Of a DNA stretch of 64,000 bases, positions 27,793 to 40,034 are shown piece after piece (within the stretch, counting starts at the first letter, position 1; the number at the start of each line of letters is the position of its first letter). The position numbers and the translations under genes were made by a program. Source of the DNA: Anaeramoeba ignava BMAN (Eukaryota; Protista; Anaeramoebae); the NCBI GenBank assembly GCA_028826165.1, contig JAPDFW010000107.1:124001-188000 (forward strand), written 5' to 3'. The notes under the pieces are model-generated. The model did no database searches and was not told the DNA's origin. It saw nothing but the letters and a program-made list of their open reading frames with translations.

Positions 27793-30700
27793 TTATAATA
27801 ATTTCTTTTCTTTTTTTGATTTTGATTTTGATTTTGATTTTGATTTTGATTTTGATTTTGATTTATGTTTTTTTGATTTGTTTTCTTTATTTTCTTTTTT
27901 GCGTTTTTCTTTCTTTCCTCTTTTTCTTCTTCCAATTCCTTCAATTTCAAAAAATGAAATGAATTTATTTGTAAATAAATATCTATTTTGAGAAAGTGGA
28001 AGTCGATATATTTTTATAAAAAAAATTGAACGATCAACCAAAGAAGGAAAAAGTATTTTTTGATAATAAAGAGATCTAAGTTGTGTTTTTTTGAGTTTTT
28101 GCGATAAAACTTGAATTTGTTGATGAGATATTGAAGATTTTTTTAAAGATTTTTCAAATAGAAATTGAAAAATTTGATTTTGATTTTGATTTTGATTTTG
28201 ATTTTGATTCTTAATTTTTAGTTCTTTAATTGAATGAATATAGTTTTTGTGATTGAAAGTAAATAAATGATTAAATAAAGAAATGCATTTTTTTTGGTAA
28301 TATTTTGAAGAACCAGCCAAATAAGAAAAACTAAATGCTGGTTGTTTAAGCATATTTTGCTGTTTAATTTCATCTAAAAAAATGGTTGTTTTCCAAAAAT
28401 CTATTTCAGATGGAGAAACTTTTTTTTCCCAATCACATTTTTGAAGAAAAATTCTTTGTTGATTTTCAAAAATAAAATTTTGGATCAGAGTTTCAAATAA
28501 AGAAGGAGAAGGGAAATGTATTTAGATTTTTGCTTAAATTTCGATCTTCAAATAGTGATAAAAACGATATTTCTCTTCCAATAAAGGAATCTTCAAGAAG
28601 AATCAATAAATCCAGAGAAATCGATGTTACTAAATTACTGATTTCATCAACAAGTCTTTTTGTTTCTTTTTCTTCCTCCTCAAATTTGCAAAGTATTCCC
28701 AGCATTCGTTGTGTAATGCGATAAAAAAACCCAGAAAACAAACAGATATAATTGATATGACCCTTTGTTTTATATTGAATATTTTTTGGAGGATCAATAG
28801 AAAATATTGGGTAATTTTCAGTAACAATTTTTTCAGTAACATCATCTACATTTTCGTCTGTGAAATTATTCTGTAAAATATCTGTCTTGACAAATCTAGA
28901 TAATTGACGAACAATTTTCTGCAACGAACGAAAACTTCCCGATGCTAATTCAAGAAAATCAAACTCTGTCAGGTTCTCAATTAGCAAATTAAACACAAGA
29001 TCCCAGAAAGAATGCTGTCTGCCTTTCTTGAGTCGTAATTGCGCCTCTGATTTCGTGTTGATTTTTTGGTTCACTTGATTAAGAATGTCCAGAATAAATC
29101 CATTCGATGACTCTAAAAAGATCCCCATTCTTTGTGTTATTGCGTTGAATAGATTGAATTGCGGGATGTGGAATGAGACAGAATTGTCTTGTTCGTTATT
29201 TTGGGGTTGGGAAAACCCTGAAATAAATTCTAGTAACTGCGGGAGCATCTGAAGTGGAAAAAGAGAATTTAATATTTCAGGATTTATAATGTTTGTAAAA
29301 ATTCTTTGTGTCTGTAAAAAAGGTAAAGCATTTGGTTCTGTTTCCATTTGATTGCTATGAATATTACTATTACTATTACTATTACTAATGCTATTACTAA
29401 TGCTATTTGCAACGCGATTCCCTGTATTCGGTATATGAATCGGGATAATGTTTGGAGTGCTATTTCGTATAATAAGTGGAATGATATTTTCGCTATTATT
29501 CGACATATTGAAAATTCTCAAACTGCCTTGTGGTTGCGATTGACCTGCAAATCGATGCATTGGAAAGATCAAATGTTGATAATTTGGGAGTAAATTAAAA
29601 TGACTCGTTAAATTTTGTATTTGTTGGTTATTTTGAGGATTTTCATTTTGAATATTTGATTCTAAATCATTTTCTTGTTCAGGAAGAAATGAAAGTATGG
29701 AAAAATGTCTGGAAATATGGAAAAACAGTACGCTGAGATGTTTTAACGGGTTTGCATATTGATGAATAACATTGATTTGAGGAATTAATGAATCTCTTGT
29801 TTGATTTTCTTGTAAAATGTTTTTTGTTGATTGAATAACTTCAAAAAAAATTGAAAGATTTTGAGAAACTTGATTTAGTATTTGTGAAAATCTTATCAAT
29901 TCATTTGATCCGTTTATTGATTGAGAAAATATTGGTTCAGATTCAATATCAGCATTTTCATTTCTTTGAGTTGAAGTTGAATAACGATGTTGAAATATTT
30001 GTAAAATTGTTTCTGTTTTAGATAAGCCTGATGAAAAATCCGATAATAATTGCTGAGAAGGAAAAATTGTTTCATTTGCATTTTTATTTTTAATTTCCAA
30101 AATGATTCGTGAATGATTTTTTAATCCTGTTTATAATTTAATATTTAATTTAATTTTTATATTTAATTTAATTTAATTTTTTTACCTAAATTATTTAATT
30201 TTTGATCATCATTTAAAAGATTTTTTTGGAATTTTAAAATTATTTGATCTTTTGGGATTTTAGTTTTAGATTCAATGCATGTTTTTAATTCAGATATTGT
30301 TTTCTAAATATATAAATTTTGATATAAATTTTAATATAAATTTTAATATTAATTTTGATATAAATTTTAATATAAATTTTAATATAAATTTTAATATAAA
30401 TTTTGATATAAATTTTGATATAAATTTAATTATAAATTTTGATATAAATTTTGATATAAATTTTGATATAAATTTTGATATAAATTTTATTATAAATTTA
30501 ATTATAAATATAATTATAAATTTAATTATAAATTTTGATATAAATTTTGATATAAATTTTGATATAAATTTAATTATAAATTTAATTATAAATTTAATTA
30601 TAAATTTAATTTTATAAATTTAATTATAAATTTAATTATAAATTTAATTATAAATATAATTATAAATATAATTATAAATTTAATTATAAATTTTAATATA

Positions 30701-33433
30701 AATTTAATTATAAATTTAATTATAAATTTAATTATAAATTTAATTATAAAATTTAATTATAAATTTAATTATAAATTTAATTATAAATTTGATTATAAAT
30801 TTAATTATAAATTTAATTATAAATTTAATTATAAATTTGATTATGAATTTGATTATAAATTTTGTTTGAATTTAATTATGAATTTTAATTATAAATTTAA
30901 TTATAAATTTAATTATAAATTTAATTATAAATTTAATTATAAATTTAATTATAAATTTAATTATAAATTTAATTATAAATATAATTATAAATATAATTAT
31001 AAATTTAATTATAAATTTAATTATAAATTTAATTATAAATTTCAATATAAATTTAATTATAAATTTAATTATAAATTTAATTATAAATTTAATTATAAAT
31101 TTAATTATAAATTTAATTATAAATATAATTATAAATTTAATTATAAATTTTAATATAAATTTTTGTGTTGAATTTAATTATAAATTTAATTATAAATTTA
31201 ATTATAAATTTAATTATAAATTTAATTATAAATTTTGATATAAATTTTGATATAAATTTTAATATTAATTTTGATATAAATTTTGATATAAATTTTAATT
31301 ATAAATTTAATTATAAATTTTGATATAAATTTTGATATTAATTTTGATATAAATTTTGATATAAATTTTATTATAAATTTAATTATAAATATAATTATAA
31401 ATTTAATTATAAATTTTGATATAAATTTTGATATAAATTTTGATATAAATATAATTATAAATTTAATTATAAATTTTAATATCAATTTTAATATTAATTT
31501 TATTATAAATTTGTTTATAAATTTAATTATAAATTTAATTATAAATTTAATTATAAATTTTAATATCAATTTTAATATTAATTTTATTATAAATTTAATT
31601 ATAAATTTAATTATAAATTTAATTATAAATTTAATTATAAATTTAATTATAATTTTAATTATAAATTTTATTATAAATTTAATTATAAATTTAATTATAA
31701 ATTTAATTATAAATTTAATTATAAATTTAATTATAAATTTAATTATAAATTTAATTATAAATTTAATTATAAATTTAATTATAAATTTAATTATAAATTT
31801 AATTATAAATTTAAATATAAATTTAATTATAAATATAATTAAAATATAATTATAAATTTAATTATAAATATAATTATAAATATAATTATAAATTTAATTA
31901 TAAATTTAATTATAAATATAATTATAAATTTAATTATAAATTTGATTATAAATTTAATTATAAATTTAATTATAAATTTAATTATAAATTTAATTATAAA
32001 TTTAATTATAAATTTAATTATAAATATAATTATAAATTTAATTATAAATTTTAATTATAAATTTAATTATAAATTTAATTATAAAATTTAATTATAAATT
32101 TAATTATAAATTTAATTATAAATATAATTATAAATTTAATTATAAATTTAATTATAAATTTAATTATGAATTTAATTATAAATTTAATTATAAATTTGAT
32201 TATGAATTTAATTATAAATATAATTATAAATTTAATTATAAATTTAATTATAAATTTAATTATAAATTTGATTATAAATTTAATTATAAATATAATTATA
32301 AATTTTATTATAAATTTAATTATAAATTTAATTATAAATTTAATTATAAATATAATTATAAATTTAATTATAAATTTAATTATAAATTTAATTATAAATT
32401 TAATTATAAATTTAATTATAAATTTAATTATAAATTTGATTATAAATTTAATTATAAATTTAATTATAAATTTAATTATAAATTTGATTATAAATTTGAT
32501 TATAAATTTAATTATAAATATGATTATAAATTTAATTATAAATTTGATTATAAATTTGATTATAAATTTGATTATAAATTTGATTTTATAAATTTAATTA
32601 TAAATTTGATTATAAATTTAATTATAAATTTAATTATAAATTTAATTATAAATTTAATTATAAATATAATTATAAATTTAATTATAAATATAATTATAAA
32701 TTTAATTATAAATTTTGATATAAATTTTGATATAAATTTTGATATAAATTTAATTATAAATTTAATTATAAATTTGATTATAAATTTAATTATAAATTTG
32801 ATTATAAATTTAATTATAAATTTGATTATAAATTTAATTATAAATTTAATTATAAATTTAATTATAAATTTAATTATAAAATTTAATTATAAATATAATT
32901 ATAAATTTAATTATAAATTTAATTATCAATTTAATTATAAATTTAATTATAAATTTAATTATAAATTTAATTATAAATTTAATTATAAATTTAATTATAA
33001 ATTTAATTATAAATTTAGTTATAAATTTGATTATAAATTTAATTATAAATTTAATTATAAATTTAATTATAAATTTAATTATAAATTTAATTATAAATTT
33101 AGTTATAAATTTAATTATAAATTTGATTATAAATATAATTATAAATTTAATTATAAATTTAATTATGAATTTAATTATAAATTTTGTGTTGAATTTGATT
33201 ATAAATTTTGTGTTGAATTTAATTATAAATTGATTATAAATTTAATTATGAATTTGATTATAAATTTAATTATAAATTTAATTATAAATTTAATTATAAA
33301 TTTTAATATAAATTTTGTGTTGAATTTAATTATAAATTTAATTATAAATTTTCTTGTAATGTACAGAAGAAGAAATTTTAATTGAAATCGGATTATTTTG
33401 ATTTTTTAATTCAATTAAAAGAAGAATTTTCAT
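27793..33433 (-). CDS. BAG6: BAG6/Scythe-like protein (N-terminal ubiquitin-like domain); frameshift near 28500; 3' end uncertain
   Basis: Exons 33433-33365 (MKILLLIELKNQNNPISIKISSS), 30303-30186 (KTISELKTCIESKTKIPKDQIILKFQKNLLNDDQKLNNL) and 30126 onward (GLKNHSRIILEIK) form a UBL domain. After the frameshift, W…FWKTTIFLDEIKQQNMLKQPAFSFSYLAG resembles the BAG6 motif [28 protein letters not shown]. Confidence 0.78.
30304..33364 (-). repeat. 3061-nt BAG6 intron 1 filled with the 12-mer (AAATTTATAATT)n in sense orientation, with TATCAAAATTTA variants
   Basis: GT at 33364 and TAG at 30304; the array is the reverse complement of the one in ARM gene intron 3. Confidence 0.9.
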
Positions 33434-33985
33434 AAAGAAAAAATGAAAAAAAAATGAAAAAATGAAAAAATTAAAAAGAAGAAAAATTTATTTTTTTTTA
33501 ATTTTTTTTTTCTTCATTTTTATTTGGAAAAATTTTTTTGGAATTTTCATTTTTTCTTTTATAAAACTCAATCAATCAATAAAATTAATTAATAAAATCA
33601 ATTAAATTTAATTAAAATTAAAATTAAAATTAAATTTCCCTTTTTTTTTTTGTTTTTTGTTTTTTTGTTTTTTGTTTTTAGATCAAATTTAATTTTTTTT
33701 AAATAACAAAAAGGAATAAGAATTTGAATTAAAAAATTAAATAAAAATTAAATAAAAAATAAAAGAGAAAAAACAACGCAACAAAATAAAAATCAAATCA
33801 AAAAAATTTTTTTTTTTTAATTATTTTTATTTAATTAATTAATTTTTTAATTAAAAAGATCAAGAGAAAAAAAATTTTTTTGGATTGTAAAATTAAAAAA
33901 GATATTTTTTTTCTTTCATTTTTCTTTTTCTTTTTTGTTTTTATTTTTCTTTTTTGATTTTTATTTTTGATTTTTATTATTAAAA

Positions 33986-36529
33986 ATGATAGATTCCAAA
34001 AAACTTGAATTAAAAGATTCTGATAAAAAAAAAGCAAGAAAACTTGTTAGAAAAAAAGGAAATGAAGAATTTATTGATTGGGTCATAAAAGATAAAGAGA
34101 AATACTCAAGAAAAGAACAAAGAATTATTGTTTTAACAAATTTTTTTGTCATTTCTTTAGGAAGAAATAAGAAAAACCCCACTTTTCATGTATTTTTTTA
34201 TTTTTCATTTATCAAATTCATCAATTTCCAAAAATGTGGAAAAAATTTTTTTTATTAATTTTTGCTTCAATTCTTTTTATTAGATTTGTCGACAAGGCTT
34301 TATTCCTTATCTTTCTAATTTAAATTTTATTGATAAAGAAAATGTAAAAGAAAAAAAAAAGTGGAAAAAATTTTTTTGTTAATTTATTCCTCTTTTTTTT
34401 CCCCTTTCTTTCTATTTTAATTTTTGTTTTGTTTTTAGATGGAATTGAGATTTAATAATCCTTCTTTCATTTTGAAATTTTTTCATCCAAAATGCAGAGA
34501 AATTGCAACTAAAATTTTAACAAGTTATCAAATATTAACAAGATCACAAATTAATAATGATTTAGTAAATGGCGAAATAGAGTAATTTAAATTTAAATTT
34601 AAATTTAAAAAATAATTTGAAATTTAAATTTATATTTTTATATTTTTATTATTTTTAGAATTCCTTCAGTTAATTTCGGTAAAATTTAAAAATAATATTT
34701 AAAAATAATATTTAAAAATAATATTCAAAAATAATATTCATTTAGAACCTGATAATGGAGACCATTTTATCAATATTTATAAAGGATTTTCCTCTTTTTA
34801 TAATTCAAAACCCCATCAAGAAATCATCCAATTTGTCGAAAACATGAAGGAAAATCCAGATTTGAATCCACAAAAAATTCTTGATTTAGCACAATTCAAA
34901 TTTTCAGAAGAACTCTCAAAAAAATCAACAAGCATATATCCAATATTATCAACATTTAAATTCAATACTTTTTTCAGTGGAATCAAAATTTCAGGATTTC
35001 ACGACCAAATATTCACCAAAATTGAAGAAACAGAATTTCTATTGAAAAACAAATCGCTGAAATCATTAGTTATTTCAGGAACAAACGATCGAATAATTTC
35101 GCAAAAACTGGGAGAACAACTAGAAAACAACGAGGAGATCCAAATCAACCACTTGAACATTTCATTCAATCCTGTCGACCTGAAATCAAATATATTCAAG
35201 GGAATCGAGTCGCTTCATTCAGGTTTATTGCATCTTGATTTGTCGTTCTGTTGGATGAAACCGAAGATGGTGGAAGCGTTGTTCCGCTCGTTATCAAACA
35301 ACCCAAAGCACCGCCAGCTCCAAGTACTGAATCTATCCAACAACTCGTTTTCAACGAAAGGAACGGAGGCGTTTGGCGAGTATCTGAAGTCGTTGGAATC
35401 AAATCATCTGAAAATGCTTTATCTTTCATCAAGCAATCTGAAACTGGAAAACTTTTTCAAATATCTCCAGCAATACTGCACACGAAAACTTGTGTATTTG
35501 AACATCTCAAAAAACACACTCCAAAGAAACGACTACAAATCACTATCGGATTTCCTTGCGGATTCAAGAGCGCTTTCCGAATTCGATCTTTCCTACACAA
35601 ATTTCCTCCCACAAAAATGCCAACAACTGATTGAAACCATAGTGACCAATGCAGAATTCCACAATTTCGTTCTGAATTTAAGCCACAACAAACTGAAAGA
35701 AGCAGGCGCGCAAGGAATTGCATTCAGTCTAGGCAAGGATCGCTCAAACACACTGGCAGAACTTGTGCTTGATTCGACATCACTAGGCACAAAAGGCGCG
35801 CAAATACTTTTCGCAGACAACGGACCCTTGTGCGGAAACCGCTCAATCACGCGATTATCCATCTCCGCAAACTTTCCTTCTTCGGAATCCAAACAATGCG
35901 TCAAATACTTGGCAAATCTTCTTCTTCCAAATTCGCCAGTGAAATATCTCCGGATGCGCGGAGACAAACGAAACTATCTCGGTTTATCAATGACAGAGTT
36001 TCTGAAGAAACTTCCCGATTCAAATCTTCTCGGATTGGATATTCAAGGGAATTACTGGATGAAGTTCTTGACATCAATGAACATCCGCTCACAAGAAGAC
36101 CCCATTCTTGATCTTATTGAACAACTCCAAAAGGAAGAACTCACCCTCCAATACTTCAATTTCGACGATAACTTCGTCAGTTATAGCTTCTTGCATAACA
36201 TACAAAAAGCAAATATCAAATACATTGAATGGTCAGAAATTGATTCAAATCGGATTATCCAAAAATTCCATAAAGTCCAAAATATGACTCTTCCGCTCCA
36301 AAAATTGCAAAAGAAAGCTGAAAGAATCAGGCAGCAATCAAGATTCAATATCAATGAATTCAAATCGACTTTCTTTATAACTCCAGATAATCTTGATTTG
36401 GATTCAAATCTCAAAAGAAATGTTCATAATTATATTGAATCTTTAGTTTTACAAAAATCAAAGTTTTTCAAAATTGATTGTGAAACAAATTCAAATGAAG
36501 AAGAAATTAATAATTCAAAAGATAATTAA
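33986..36529 (+). CDS. CARMIL/LRRC16-like protein (N-terminal PH-like domain and RI-type LRRs), 5 exons including a 20-nt micro-exon
   Basis: Exons 33986-34189, 34284-34343, 34439-34581, 34659-34678 and 34746-36529 are phase-consistent. N-terminal motif KEQRIIVLTNFFVISL; LxxLxLSxN repeats (LQVLNLSNNSF, LNLSHNKL, LSISANF). Confidence 0.75.
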
Positions 36530-36707
36530 TTAAAAAAAAAAATAATTTAAAATAAGAATTGAAAAGAAAAAGCAAATTTTTTTTTGTTTTAAGAAAAAAA
36601 AAATAATAAAAAAAATTTTTTTTGCTTTTTTTTTTTTCATTTTTCTTTCATTTTTCTTTTATATTTTAGATTTACAATTTTTATCTTAAATTTTGATTTA
36701 TATTTTT

Positions 36708-39700
36708 ATGGATGATTTAAAAGTAAAAGAGCAGTTAACGAATTTCCAAAAAAGAATAGATGAAATTAGAAACAGATTAGAATCGAAAAACATTATTAAA
36801 AATGAACAAAATGTTGAAACACTTTCAAAAGAAGAAAAAGAAAAAAAAGAATTAAGAGAACAAATTCAAAGAAGAATTGATAGTATTCGTAAGCAAAGAG
36901 GTTTAAATGACCAAGAATTCAAGAAGGAGTATAATTCTAAATCAATGGTTGAAAGAGAAAAACAAATTCAAGAAAGGATTGCACAAATTCGTAAATTATA
37001 TGAGCCTATTTCCTCTAAACCACCACCACCACAACAAAAAGAACAACAAAATCAACAACAAAATCAACAACAAAATCAACAACAAAATCAACAAAATCAA
37101 CAACAAAATCAACAACAAAATAAAAATCAAAATCAACAACAAAATCAACAACAAAATCAACAACAAAAAGAACAACAAAATCAACAACAAAATCAACAAC
37201 AAAATCAACAAAGCCCAATTGCAAAACACATTCAATTTGCAAAACAACAAAAAAATCAAAATAAAAATCAAATTCAAAATCAAATTCAAAATAAAAATCA
37301 AAATCAAAATAAAAATCAAATTCAAAATCAAATTCAAAATCAAAATAAAAATCAAATTCAAAATCAAAATCAAAATCAAATTGAAAATAAAAATCAAAAT
37401 CAAAATCAAATTCAAAATCAAAATAAAAATCAAATTCAAAATAAAAATCAAAATCAAAATCAAAATCAAAATCAAAATAAAAATCAAAATAAAAATCAAA
37501 TTCAAAATAAAAATGAAAATCAAAATCAAAATCAAAATCAAATTCAAATTCAAATTCAAAATAAAAATCAAAATCAAAATCAAATTCAAATTGAAATTCA
37601 AAATGAAAATCAAAATAAAAATCAAAATAAAAATGAAATTCAAAATGAAAATCAAAATCAAAATGAAAATAAAAATGAAAATCAAAATGAAAATAAAAAT
37701 GAAAATCAAAATGAAAATCAAAATGAAAATCAAAATCAAATTCAAAATGAAAATGGAAATCAAAATGAAAATAAAATTCAAAATGAAAATGAAAATCAAA
37801 ATCAAAATCAAAATGAAAATCAAAATGAAAATCAAAATGAAAATGAAAATAAAAATCAAAATGAAAATCAAAATGAAAATCAAAATCAAATTCAAAATGA
37901 AAATCAAAATCAAATTCAAAATGAAAATGGAAATCAAAATGAAAATAAAATTCAAAATAAAAATGAAATTCAAAATCAAAATCAAAATCAAAATGAAAAT
38001 CAAATTCAAATTCAAAATCAAATTCAAAATGAAAATCAAAATGAAAATCAAAATGAAAATCAAATTCAAATTCAGAGTGAAAATGAAAATGAAATGAAAA
38101 TTGAACTTGAAAAAGAAATCCAAAAAGAAATCCAAAAAAACGAAGATAATATAATCCCAAAAATTTCAAGATTCCCAAAAACTCATAGAAGTGTTAGTTA
38201 CGGAAAACAACAAAAACTCAAAATCGGACATCAATTCTTAAATCAACCAACAAACCCAAAAGCTTTCCGTTTTTCTTTAGGCAAAAATGACAACAATATA
38301 ACTTTCGCCAAAATCCTTTCAATTCAATCAGTTGAAGAATACGAAAACAAAAAAACAAACATTGATTTAAAATCAACAAAAGAAGAAATGACAACAAAAT
38401 TACTGATTGTTCTCGAATTCCTCCAACAAGAAATCAAAACAGAACAAGATAACGAAGAAAGTCTCAAAAAAATGACAAAACTTTACAAGAAAAACAAAGA
38501 ACGCCAAGAAAATGCTTTCGCTAGACTCAAAGAAATCCAGCAAAATATCCAACTCTTAACCTTTCTTTTCCAAAAAATTCTTTCAAATATTGTTTATATT
38601 GAAATTGGATCAAAAAATACTAAAAATAAATATGGTGTTTTAACACAAAATTTCGAAATTACAACTAAAAATTCCAAATCTTCATTGAAAAAAGGAGATG
38701 TAATTGAAATTCAAAAAATTAAAAGAAAAGAATATCTAGGAAAAATTAAAGAAAACCCTTCCAAAGTTCCAAAAAGGCTTGTTGAAATTATTGATGTAAA
38801 TTAAAATTCATTTTAAAATTAAAATTTAAAATTAAAATTAAAATCAAAATTAAAATTAAAAATTAAAATTAAAATCAAAATTAAAATTAAAATCAAAATT
38901 AAAATTAAAATTAAAATTAAAATCAAAATTAAAATCAAAATTAAAATCAAAATTAAAATTAAAATTAAAATCAAAATTAAAATTAAAATCAAAATTAAAT
39001 TCAAAATCAAAATTAAAATTAAAATCCATTTTGAAAATTCATTTTGGAAATTCATTTAGTTTGATTTTATTGATCCTTCATTCTCAACCCCAATCAAAAA
39101 GAAAACCCCCAAAATCAACATCAAATTATCCAAAAACGCAAACTGGAGAGATCTGGAAATATTCTATTTAGATTGCAAAGTAGTTGCCGAACAATTCACA
39201 ATTTTGGAATTCAGAGAATTCCGTAACATCCAAATCTCAGAATTTCTCAGCGAAGGTTGGATGCATCCCGAATACTCCTTCCTAACCAAAAACATATGCA
39301 ATATCCATCTCAGATCATCAAGAATATCCGATTATGTTACTTCCGTTATTCTGCGCCAAGACTCACAAAGAAAACAAATCCTTTCCTTCTTTTATTTTGT
39401 TGAGTTGTGTCTCCACTTCAAAAACTTGAACAACTTCAACACCTTATTTGCAATTCTTCACGGACTTGGTAACCCAAGTGTTCAAAATCTCCTCGAAAAA
39501 AACATCAAAGAATCAAAATATCTTTATGAGAAATACATCGAAATCAACAACATAATGTTCCACGATCCAGGATACACAACTTATCGCAAATTGCTCAAAG
39601 AAACAATCGCAAATCACGTTTCTGCCATTCCCTGTCTTCCCATCCATTTTCTTGATGTCGGGCTCATCGAACAAGCAGAAAAACTCTCGGAAATTCCCGA

Positions 39701-39905
39701 TTCAATCAAAAATACAATCAGAGACCTCTTTTTCTTGATCAAAGATATCATCATTCTCCAATTAAGACCTTACCATCTTCTTCAAACTCTTCCTGAATTC
39801 CATGATTATTTATTGAACTATTCTGGTATGTATCAAGTCCAATCCTCAAATTTGAATCCAAGTCAAATGTCAAAAATCCAAAAAAATTTAAATCAAAAAA
39901 AATGA
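36708..39905 (+). CDS. Q/N/E low-complexity region, HR1-like coil, SH3-like domain and RasGEF (CDC25) domain, 2 exons
   Basis: Exons 36708-38795 and 39060-39905 flank a phase-0 GT..TAG intron filled with AAAATY. RasGEF motifs: VVAEQFTILEFREFRNIQISEF…GW…NLNNFNTLFAILHGLGNPSVQ…YTTYR…IPCLPIHFLD. SH3-like: GVLTQNFE…LKKGDVIEI…YLGK…VPKRLVEII. Confidence 0.8.
37030..38095 (+). repeat. In-frame (CAAAAT/GAAAAT/AAAAAT)n coding repeat giving QN/EN/KN tracts
   Basis: About 1 kb of hexamer array inside the open exon. Confidence 0.9.
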
Positions 39906-40034
39906 TTAACTTCAAAGAAACAAATTAATTTTTTTTTTGTATCCATTCCACTTTGAGAAAAAAAACCAAATTAAATCATTTAAATAAAACAAACTTTTTA
40001 TTATCAAAAATAATTTGAAAATTGATTTAAAATT

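Noticed and set aside
1255-28520. Programmed frameshifting or stop-codon reassignment to explain split ORFs (EPG5, RCC1-BTB 2 and 3, PH-RUN, BAG6)
   Set aside because: The breaks are small indels, mostly in homopolymers and with no common slippery motif, and TAA/TGA end genes normally. Long-read consensus error is more likely; read pile-ups would settle it.
13378-33385. ORF-track proteins such as INLIINL, FNYK, KLKL, NFNF and IFIF
   Set aside because: They are stop-free translations of intronic simple repeats lying between phase-consistent GT-AG boundaries.
34999-36414. Overlapping and antisense ORFs within the CARMIL-like exon (also 12181-13086 and 36907-38178)
   Set aside because: They are by-products of locally higher GC or of hexamer repeats and show no recognisable domains.
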